From an uncultured archaeon (GTDB lineage: Archaea > Altiarchaeota > Altiarchaeia > IMC4 > QMZM01), in NCBI GenBank assembly GCA_964549685.1, contig CAZJVE010000004.1, positions 20,687 through 84,686 of the forward strand: 64,000 nt of DNA, read 5' to 3'. Below are positions 1-9,300 of this stretch, in pieces. Within the stretch, counting starts at the first letter, position 1; the number at the start of each line of letters is the position of its first letter. The notes beneath the pieces are model-generated. The model was not told the DNA's origin, ran no database searches, and saw nothing but the letters and a program-made list of their open reading frames with translations. A program made the position numbers and the translations under genes.

Positions 1-2
1 AT

Positions 3-3000
3 CAATGGCGCTTCGATGAAAATCCAAGTCTGCATTCAATACCCCTAAACATAATCAACCTGAGATTTCCAGTCATCCAACTACCGGTTTCGTCAGGGAC
101 GACCAACACCACTACTGAAGAGGAAACAAACCAGACCACATGGTATGTCTCCTACCAGAATATAAGTAATCATACATACACTCCGCCGGAAGTAGACGAA
201 TCCCCAGAAAAACCAGAACTCGATGGAATTAAACCCCATCCAGTAGAAAACATACACGAAAGAGTCAAGCTCTCCATCTCCCAGGAAGCAACATTAGAAA
301 TGGACGCATTTGACGCCAAGCTGGACATGGAAAACAAGCTGGCTGACAAAACAATAACTAATGTAGTTTCAGAACTCAAGGTATTCGACGGCGGCGGACA
401 GGAGAAGACCACAAACTTCCACATTACGGAAGCCGAACTAAGTAACATAGATGATATCAATGGCTCCGGTTCGATAACCCAGGGAAGCACAGCAACCGTG
501 CACTGGACCCTGATACCAAAATCTGATGCCGGTGGTATAAGTGAGGACGGCACAACCTATCTGGTTCAGGCCTTTATTACCTACAAGGTGGAAGGCACTC
601 CATTTGGCATAAATTCCACCGAGGAGAAGATTCTTGTCAGACCATCACCACAGATAACGCTGGACTATTACATCCCTCACAAAGTTGGAGCCAACAAAAC
701 CTTTAAGCTGGCAGTAAAGGCAACCAACGACGGCCATGGAACCGCAAGCAATTTTGCCATAGACTCCGCCCAGCCTCAAATCTACGACAACAAAGCAGAG
801 CTGCTGATAGACTTTGAGATACTTGGCGATGAGTCACTAAAGGTGAGCTTCGGAGACATCCCTCCCGGCGAGAGCAGGATTACCTCATGGAGCATGAGCT
901 CGTCCCTGAACGGAACCTTTTCTGCCTTTACCGCTACTTACGCGCACGAGAATTCCTTTGGAGCCATGGAGACCTCCGTCATCAAGGATGTAAGGACTCA
1001 CATAATCGAGCAGGAAATAAACACGAGCAAGGAGTATCTCGATTTCCTAATAGATTCTGATAACGACACCGTTCCCGACACACTGGTTGACCCGGTTAAT
1101 GGAACTGCCACTACTGTACTCTCTACAAACTACACTACTGTAGTTGAACTGCCATCCGGGGGCAGGGGGTTCACGATAGAGGTTAATGTAACAGACATCT
1201 TTAACTGGACCCTGATTGTAGTAAACGATTCTTATCTGGGCGATGTACCAATAGACGAGATAGTGTACTGGAATGGCACGCAGGTCGAGTCCACAAACTA
1301 CTGGCTTCTTAACAACAAGATATACTTCGTGATTTACATAGTCAATAATACCCGATACAACATAACCTACGACGGCGCTGCCCCCCTACCAAAAGCAGAA
1401 ATAGTAATAAACGAAATCATGTACGACCCGGACACCGATAAAACCGGGGAATTCATCGAGCTCTACAACTACGGCAATTATTCTGTGGATTTGAGCGGAT
1501 GGGAGATATTCGATGATTCCGGTTCTGATACTCTGGCAGGATTCAATGGCAGCTCCTCCATTGTTGCTCCAGGCGGCTACGTAGTTATTACAGACAATGA
1601 CAGCAAAGTCAATGTATCTGATAACGCAACCCACCTAACGACAGGGGATACTACTGTCTGTCATCGCGGTCTGAAGAACTCGGGAGAGCTGCTAGTTCTC
1701 AAAGACAAATGGGGAGATATCAAAGACCAAATAGGCTATTCCTCACCTATGAAGAAGTGTGACGAGAATTTCTCCCTCGAGAGGATTAATCCGCTGGAGA
1801 ATTCCTCTAACATAAGCAACTGGGACCAGAGCAATGTATCGGGAGGAACACCCGGAATGACAAACAGCATCTATGGAAGGGCAGCAATTACTACGACTAC
1901 TACCAGTACCTCAACCACTACAACAACTACAACATCCACTACAACTACATTGCTGCCGGCAAAGGCCCTGCAGTGTGGGGTCTACAATTCCTCCGAATGC
2001 ACTGGTGGCAGAGGGAACCTAACCTGCATATTCTCACTATACAATGAAACCAACGCCCACGCCGGAAGCTGCGGCGAATACAGCAAGGCGGTCTGCTGCA
2101 ACATCTCGAATGGAACAGTAACCAGCACTGTAACGACAAGCAGTTGCCCTGCCGGGGATGGTAGGGTGATTTCCATGCATTCGACGACCAATTCTCATGT
2201 CGCAATTTACGGCGTTGATAATTACCAAAACAACGTATGTTTGGACATTGACATAGCAAACGTTACCTGTACCACAAACAACCTTAATTGTCCGTCAGGC
2301 TACTATGGCAAATTAGCCTCAATCTACAGACCAGGAAATGCCCATGTAGGGAACTTTTCGTACTACAACTTCAAGGTATGCTGCAATGCTACTGAGGTCT
2401 CAACCACAACTACAACGACAACCACTACAATACCAACACTATCATCAGAAATTGTGATTAATGAGGTGATGTACGACCCAGGAGACGGCAACAAAGGAGA
2501 ATTCGTCGAGCTATATAATGACGGAGATTATGCCGTAAACCTGGCGGGATGGAGAATCTCTGATTCAAGCTCGACTGATACTCTGGAAGGATTCAACGGA
2601 AGCTCGGCAGTAATAGTGTCCAAGGGCTATGCAGTCATAACAGCTAATGATACATCAGCAACTCCGCTGGGGAGTTCAACCCACCTGAGCACTGGAGACA
2701 AGAGAATCGGAAACGGCCTCAATAATGGTGGAGACATTGTTACTCTAATCAACACCTTGGGCAATGTCACGGACAGGATTAACTACTCACAGACGCCTTG
2801 GTGCGACGATAACCGCTCGCTGGAGAGGGTCAGTACCGATGAAGATTACTGGAATGAGAGTCTTGAAGATGGAGGAACCCCTGGATATGCTAACAGCGTT
2901 TCACAGGGCGGCCCACGAGCAGTTCTTGATTATTACCTCCCATCAGAGGTGCTGGCCAACAAGGACTTCAAGATGGTGATAAAGGTCAACAACGAAGGCC

Positions 3001-4982
3001 AGGGAGCATTGAAAGACTTTGCCATAGCTTCTGCCCAGCCCAAGGTAAAAGGAAAATCCAAAGCCAACCTTAACTGCCAGGTATCCAATTCCTCCCTGGT
3101 GGGCAAGGGCAAGGGGAAATCCCTCATGATGAATTTCTCGGATATTCAACCAGGGAAGAGCAAGCTCGTCCACTGGACCATGAATACTGACGAGGACGGA
3201 AATTTCACAGAGTTCGAGGCCACCTTCCGCTATCAGAATCCTGCCGGGAAGGTGAAGAAACTTTCCACCGAGATAAGAATTCACTTATTGGAGAGGGAAA
3301 TCTACACCAACAAGGAGGATTTTGACTTCCTTGTAGACTTCGATAATGACGGAATCCCCGACCAGATACTGGAATCCATCTACGGCAACACGACCAATGT
3401 CTCCAAGGTTAACTATTCCATTCACACCCAACTTCCACCACAGGGGAAGGACTTTAGCATCGAGATTAACAAATCCGGCTGGATATACATCCCTGTTGAA
3501 GACCCCTACAACAATACAGTATCCATAGAGAAGATAACCCTGGAGAACGGCACAGTTCTTCATTCACAAAATTACTGGCTGGATGATAATAAAATCTATA
3601 TCCTAGATGACCCTTCGCAGACATACAATATAACCTACAACCTTTCTCAGGAAACCACAACGACAACTACAACAACGCCCCCAACAACCACGACCCCTGC
3701 ACCGGAAACTACCACTGTTCCAACATCAACTACCACGACTACTTCAACAACTACAACACTCCTGCCCGGCACTTATGGGGTAGTAATAAACGAAATCATG
3801 TACAATCCTAATCCATGCAGCGATTCCTATTGCGAATGGATTGAAGTCTACAACCCAACGAGCCAGAGCATAGACCTGGGCGGCTGGTATCTCTGCGATG
3901 ACAAATTGCTGGAGGGATATGTTGACTATCAGGACGGACTGGTCCATTCTGCCAACGGGATGTTAATTCCGTCTGATGGCCATGCCCTTATTACAGATGG
4001 TGGCTCTGGAACACTTTTCTATGCCAATCTAAGCGTGAGTCCAAATCTTATAGCCCTGCACGTAAATGCAAGCAGCATGTGCGGAGGTCTTGATAACTCC
4101 GGAGAAGAGATTACACTCAGCAACGAAAGCATTACCATTGCTCTCTCATCCTCCTATTCAAAATCAGGACTGGGAGACTCGATAACCTACGACAGCTCAT
4201 GGGGCGCGAACGGCAATGGCTATTCTCTGGAGAGGATAAATCCCTCTGCTGACCCGGCCGATGCAGCGAACTGGGGCCAGAGTCTTACGTTGGGTGGCTC
4301 CCCTGCTATCAAGAACACGATATACTCGCCAGGGGCGAATGAATCCACAACGACCACCTTAACCTCCAGTTCCACAACAACCTCTACAAGCACGACATTG
4401 GTGACGACATCTACGACTTCGACAACATCCACACTTACCACAACCAGCACATCTACCACCACACCCATCACAACCAGCACCACCTCTACTACATCCACGA
4501 CCTCATCATCAACCAGTACAATAACATCAACAACGACCAGCACCACAAGCACAACGACATCTTCTTCAACCACAACCTCGACAACAATCCATGTAGATGA
4601 TTTTGATTCTGCGAATCCCTCCGCGAAAGAGGGCGAGATTATCTGCAAGCCGGACGGAAAGGAAAATTATAGAGAAACAGGAATTGATTGTGGCGGCCCC
4701 TGTGGACCATGTCCTGAGACGACTATTGCTACTGCATCTTTAATCACTACCATGCCCACAACGTCCGTTCCAACTACGACAACGTTATCGGCCACAGCAC
4801 TACCAACTACAACAACAATACCCTCTACCCCCGGAATCATCGGCAGCGTTATAGCGCTATCTCAGGACTGGGCCGGCGAGCTTTCAATCGTCGCGATACT
4901 CCTCCTCCTATCAGCAACAGGATATGCGATGAAGAAAGGCCGGGGCAAGAAAAAGGGACAGTATTCGCTCTCGATGGTCTGA
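3..4982 (+). CDS. Giant surface protein (5'-truncated): three lamin-tail-like domains, duplicated Ig-like module, Cys-rich repeats, Thr-rich linkers, C-terminal TM anchor
   Basis: Frame is open from nt 3 (QWRFDENP...ERVKLSISQEATLEMDAF), so the true start lies upstream of the window. Three VINE(I/V)MY(D/N)P...E(F/W)(I/V)E(L/V)YN motifs, poly-Thr linkers, ETGIDCGGPCGPC motif, hydrophobic C-terminal helix plus basic tail. Confidence 0.85.
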   Translation, partial: QWRFDENPSLHSIPLNIINLRFPVIQLPVSSGTTNTTTEEETNQTTWYVSYQNISNHTYTPPEVDESPEKPELDGIKPHPVENIHERVKLSISQEATLEMDAFDAKLDMENKLADKTITNVVSELKVFDGGGQEKTTNFHITEAELSNIDDINGSGSITQGSTATVHWTLIPKSDAGGISEDGTTYLVQAFITYKVEGTPFGINSTEEKILVRPSPQITLDYYIPHKVGANKTFKLAVKATNDGHGTASNFAIDSAQPQIYDNKAELLIDFEILGDESLKVSFGDIPPGESRITSWSMSSSLNGTFSAFTATYAHENSFGAMETSVIKDVRTHIIEQEINTSKEYLDFLIDSDNDTVPDTLVDPVNGTATTVLSTNYTTVVELPSGGRGFTIEVNVTDIFNWTLIVVNDSYLGDVPIDEIVYWNGTQVESTNYWLLNNKIYFVIYIVNNTRYNITYDGAAPLPKAEIVINEIMYDPDTDKTGEFIELYNYGNYSVDLSGWEIFDDSGSDTLAGFNGSSSIVAPGGYVVITDNDSKVNVSDNATHLTTGDTTVCHRGLKNSGELLVLKDKWGDIKDQIGYSSPMKKCDENFSLERINPLENSSNISNWDQSNVSGGTPGMTNSIYGRAAITTTTTSTSTTTTTTTSTTTTLLPAKALQCGVYNSSECTGGRGNLTCIFSLYNETNAHAGSCGEYSKAVCCNISNGTVTSTVTTSSCPAGDGRVISMHSTTNSHVAIYGVDNYQNNVCLDIDIANVTCTTNNLNCPSGYYGKLASIYRPGNAHVGNFSYYNFKVCCNATEVSTTTTTTTTTIPTLSSEIVINEVMYDPGDGNKGEFVELYNDGDYAVNLAGWRISDSSSTDTLEGFNGSSAVIVSKGYAVITANDTSATPLGSSTHLSTGDKRIGNGLNNGGDIVTLINTLGNVTDRINYSQTPWCDDNRSLERVSTDEDYWNESLEDGGTPGYANSVSQGGPRAVLDYYLPSEVLANKDFKMVIKVNNEGQGALKDFAIASAQPKVKGKSKANLNCQVSNSSLVGKGKGKSLMMNFSDIQPGKSKLVHWTMNTDEDGNFTEFEATFRYQNPAGKVKKLSTEIRIHLLEREIYTNKEDFDFLVDFDNDGIPDQILESIYGNTTNVSKVNYSIHTQLPPQGKDFSIEINKSGWIYIPVEDPYNNTVSIEKITLENGTVLHSQNYWLDDNKIYILDDPSQTYNITYNLSQETTTTTTTTPPTTTTPAPETTTVPTSTTTTTSTTTTLLPGTYGVVINEIMYNPNPCSDSYCEWIEVYNPTSQSIDLGGWYLCDDKLLEGYVDYQDGLVHSANGMLIPSDGHALITDGGSGTLFYANLSVSPNLIALHVNASSMCGGLDNSGEEITLSNESITIALSSSYSKSGLGDSITYDSSWGANGNGYSLERINPSADPADAANWGQSLTLGGSPAIKNTIYSPGANESTTTTLTSSSTTTSTSTTLVTTSTTSTTSTLTTTSTSTTTPITTSTTSTTSTTSSSTSTITSTTTSTTSTTTSSSTTTSTTIHVDDFDSANPSAKEGEIICKPDGKENYRETGIDCGGPCGPCPETTIATASLITTMPTTSVPTTTTLSATALPTTTTIPSTPGIIGSVIALSQDWAGELSIVAILLLLSATGYAMKKGRGKKKGQYSLSMV

Positions 4983-4999
4983 TAAACATTTATACAAGA

Positions 5000-5548
5000 A
5001 TGAGAAAAATAGTATTTAGGATGGAGATGAGAGATTTTTTAATTGGTGGGTTTATTGTACTAATTTTATTCACAGGCTGTACTGATGGAGGAAACCCGCT
5101 CAGCACGGGCCCCAAAGAGGTCTCAGTGGACCTAAGCACTCCGGAAGGGGTGATTGAGGCTTATTGGAAGTATATTGATGTTGGGAAATATGATGAGGTG
5201 TATGATCTATTTTGTGATGATAGTTACTTCGATCAGATTAAAGGTGGTGGTGCTAGTAAAAACTATTACAGTAAGGAAAGTTTCATGGATCATATGGTAA
5301 GTGCTTACGGAGAACAAGGCGAGAAATTAGATGCGAGTTCCCCAAAGATTACAGGGAAAAACTTACTAAGCAGCAGACGTGCTAGCATTTATGGGATAGG
5401 TACAGCGGCAGAGGAGGGCTACGGTATAGGTTGTGAAGCAGGTAAAGTATTGGCTAGTAGCCCCAGTGGACGGCGGGGTTGGGTAGATATCCGCGGTGGT
5501 GGAATAGTGGTCAAACACAACGGTAGATGGTGCATCGCAAGCGAGTGA
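5000..5548 (+). CDS. Putative lipoprotein, function unknown
   Basis: Hydrophobic N-terminus ending in a lipobox-like LFTGC. Start may be 5021 or 5027. AT-rich codon usage. Confidence 0.65.
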   Translation: MRKIVFRMEMRDFLIGGFIVLILFTGCTDGGNPLSTGPKEVSVDLSTPEGVIEAYWKYIDVGKYDEVYDLFCDDSYFDQIKGGGASKNYYSKESFMDHMVSAYGEQGEKLDASSPKITGKNLLSSRRASIYGIGTAAEEGYGIGCEAGKVLASSPSGRRGWVDIRGGGIVVKHNGRWCIASE

Positions 5549-5606
5549 TAATTCTAATGAATTCTCTTTCACAAGGATTTATTCTGGAAGACCAAATGAT
5601 TAATTG

Positions 5607-6236
5607 ATGGAAAAATTTCTCTTAGTTATCATTCTGGGTATCGTGCTCCTTTCAGGTTACTGGCTCTATTCGGGCCAGCAGGAAATGACTGGGACTCATA
5701 CTTTAATATCATTACCTAAAGAGATCGAAATCGTGCACCAGGGCTATAAAAGTAGATACGAGCACAAGGGAATCCCTATCGAATTTTCTGAAAATTCAAT
5801 CAAATACAAAGAAAAGAAAGACATAGAAGATATCAAAGCGGCATTAACGCTGATCAAGGACAAATCACCTGAGGATTATCGAATGGTTGAAACATATGTA
5901 GATGAGATAACGATTATTATTGTAGTAATGTATGGTGGCACAGGTGGACAATATACTAGGGGGACAAAGGATATTGATGTAATGCTGCAGATAATAAACC
6001 CTAAATGTGTCAATTGCGATTTGACATCTGAGGATTACGAGAGGTTAGCAGGTGTAATCGTTCATGAGGCATGTCATTCTATGAGGTACAATACAGGCGT
6101 AGGGAGTGCCTTGGGGCTTGATGAAAATATTTCCCGTGAGGCCATTGAGGAAGAAGCTTGCATTGGAATGGGGAATGATTTCCTGGAAAGGATAAGGAGT
6201 GAGCACAGACAGGAGCCATATTCTGCTGAGGAGTGA
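5607..6236 (+). CDS. Membrane-anchored putative Zn metallopeptidase (HExxH)
   Basis: N-terminal TM helix. LAGVIVHEACH followed ~30 aa later by EEEAC, a gluzincin-like third ligand. Confidence 0.6.
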   Translation: MEKFLLVIILGIVLLSGYWLYSGQQEMTGTHTLISLPKEIEIVHQGYKSRYEHKGIPIEFSENSIKYKEKKDIEDIKAALTLIKDKSPEDYRMVETYVDEITIIIVVMYGGTGGQYTRGTKDIDVMLQIINPKCVNCDLTSEDYERLAGVIVHEACHSMRYNTGVGSALGLDENISREAIEEEACIGMGNDFLERIRSEHRQEPYSAEE

Positions 6237-6259
6237 TTCGGTAGGATCGAATCCCCCGG

Positions 6260-6296
6260 AGTTAGGCACTACATCTTAGCAAAGTTAGGCACTACA
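6260..6296. repeat. 14-bp direct repeat AGTTAGGCACTACA x2, 9-bp spacer
   Basis: Exact copies at 6260-6273 and 6283-6296 in the intergenic region. Confidence 0.9.
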
Positions 6297-6339
6297 ATCA
6301 AGTTTAAATAACTCTAAACTAATCTATAACTGAACAAGG

Positions 6340-9300
6340 GTGGACCCCAGGATTTTATTTATGGGCTGCATGTTTTTTCTCATTCTAATCAGCTCTGCAG
6401 ATGCAGCAATATATAACTGCTCCAACTGTTCCAACTGCGAGTCAGCAATCTCAGATGCTTCGGCCGGGGACACGGTCAACCTTTTGGCTGATATAGCAAA
6501 CCAGTCCTGGAACTGCATCGTCTGGGACAACAGCAACGTAACATTCGACTGCCAGCAGCACGGTATAGATGGTACTGACACCCTCTACGGAATTGTCATG
6601 GAGTACGACAAAGGAAACGTCATAAAAAACTGTGTGATTACTGACTTCATGATGGGGATATACCTCTATTATTCCGACAACAACCAGATTGGCGATAATA
6701 CTATAGAGTCAAACACCGGCAATGGAATCAAGCTGAGTCATTCCGCTGGCAACCTGATATCCGGCAATACATTGAAATCAAACACGGAGGACGGGCTCTA
6801 TGTCTTTGGTTCAGGGAGCCAGGACAACACCATTCTCAACAACCTCGCGAGCTCGAACAACTACAACGGAATCTACATCCGCGACTCCTCCAGCAATACC
6901 CTCACAAACAATACTGCAAACTCCAACGACGACCACGGAATCCGCCTTCGCGAGTCCTTCAACAACACCCTCACAAGCAATACAGCAAACTCCAACACAA
7001 TGGACGGAATCAGTTTGTATGATTCCTCCAACAACACCATTACAGGAAACACCGCAAACTCGAACAGCTATTATGGAATCTACATCGTCTATCCCTCGGG
7101 CAGCACGGTGAACTCGAACGAGGCGTGCTATAACGATGTAGATGATATCCACCTCTATAACAGCGAGGATAACTCAGGAGATGAGAACACCTGCGACACG
7201 ACCTATGAGTGGAACGATGAAGGAGCTACTGGATGCACCAATGCCTGCGGGGCTGCAACATCGACCAGCAGCACATCTACATCAACCTCGACAAGCACGA
7301 CACCAAGCACGATAAATGTTACTACGTCTACATCCACATCGACCAGTACAATATCGACAACCAGCACTACCTCAACCTCGACAAGCACAAGCACAACAAC
7401 CCTGCCCTTGGGGGAGACTACCTGCAGCAACTGCTCCGACTGCAGCAATAAACTGAACGGAAGCTACTCCACAGTCAGGCTTGATGCCGATATAACCGAA
7501 CACAGCCACAACTGCATAGAATTCAATACAAATGGCACGGTGTTCGACTGCCAGGGCCATATCATTGATGGGAACTATACTTCCCTATCCGGCAGCGGAG
7601 TTTATATCTCAGACAAGTCCTCCAACACAGTAAAGAACTGCATAATCACGGACTTCAACCGTGGAATCTACGTTTACTACTCGCCCAGCAATACTCTCAT
7701 AAACAACTCCGTCTCGAGCAACATGTATGGCGTCCATCTCCACATGTCCAACTATAGCACTATCGACAGCAACACAGTGGAATCGAATCTGGATTTCGGC
7801 ATTCTCCTGTCCTTTTCCAGCTACAGCTACATGGCGAATAACAGGTTTTGCTCACACGGAGTCCTGGATATATTCCTGGAATACGTTACAGGAAATTCCG
7901 GCGACGAGAACACCTGCGACAGCCCCGGAGGATGGAACGATACGGGAACAACCTACTGCACATATGGCTGCAGTGCAGTAACGACAACAACAACATCAAC
8001 AACCTCCACAACCACAATCCAGCCCCAGGTAATGCTGGCGAGAATTCTCCCTGATGAGGCCCTTCCGGGCGAGAATCTAACGGTCACACTTAGTCTGGAC
8101 GTAAACGAATCGAACACCCCGAACAGCATCGGTATAACTGAAACACCGCCGGCCGGCTGGGAGATATTGGAGACGTCAATAGACGGCAACCTTCAGTCAG
8201 CACCCGGCTCGATAGAGTGGCTTCTCTGGGACATGGGCACATCGGTGGAGGACATGAATATCACATACACCTTGCACGTGCCAGAGAATGCAAATGGAAC
8301 CTATTACTTCAGTGGGGAGTTCATGTACTACCTGGGCGATACGCGCACGGATGACAACATATTCGGCGATGAGCTGATAATCGTCAATGGAACATCCGTC
8401 CTGAGGCCGCACCTTACGGTCTCAAGGGGCAACACAACAATAAACGAAAATTACATAGACCTCGAATTTATTGTAGAGAATGATGGCAATTCAACGGCAG
8501 AGAATATAAGCGTCTGGACCTGGCTTGCTGGGTTCATTCCTGCAAGGGAGACCACCTACAACTACAATTCCAGCAACTTCTCGTTGGAGAGCTATGGTTC
8601 TGCCGTAAAGCTCGTGCTGAACTCGCTGGGGTCTCAGACCTCCACCAGCATGCGCTTCACCGCAGTGCCTGTTCTTGCCGAGGATGATGTTGACTACGAG
8701 ATTGATTCCACAGGCCATGTGGACGTAACCTACATTGACAGCGACGGGGTTGAATACTCCGAAACCTTCACGACATCTGCAAGCATCCAGGAGCAGGACG
8801 TCTACTCGGCAATCTCGGCCTCGGACTACCTTATAGTTACGAACCCTTCAAGGCTCTACTCCTACTACTCCAATGCCGATGTCCATAGCCTTCTCCTGGT
8901 AATGAGCAAACTGGCAAGGGAGGAGAACGGCGTTCTCGGCTTTGTTACGAACTATTCGGCAGAGTCCCTGGAGAGACTGATAGACAACGGATGGAACGGC
9001 AGGATGAATTCCCAGTGGAGGGACGACGGATTCCTGCTCCTTGTCGGAGAGACCGAGATAATCCCGTCCTGGGACATCAGCTTCGATTGCGAGGGCAGCC
9101 TCCCCCTATCCCTGACGGCCACGAGCTCGGATAACGTCTATGCCGACATACTGGAGGGCGACTCCTATGCCCCCGAGCTGTATATCGGCAGAATCATAGG
9201 GAATTCCGCCAGCGACCTGGAGAATTCCATCACGAACTCAATCGACGCCTCTCTGCAGAGGGACAATGCGCTGATTGCCAGTGGAAGCGGAAACGGGTGG

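Noticed and set aside
4340-4590. ACN-rich repetitive DNA (also near 1890, 2400, 3655, 7260)
   Set aside because: Explained by Thr/Ser linker codons. The antisense Val-rich ORFs are shadows.
6260-6296. GTTAGGC matches the integron attC core GTTRRRY
   Set aside because: No upstream inverse core (RYYYAAC) or attC-length palindrome, and no integrase in the window.
6260-6296. Possible mini CRISPR array
   Set aside because: Only two 14-bp units with a 9-bp spacer, and no cas genes.
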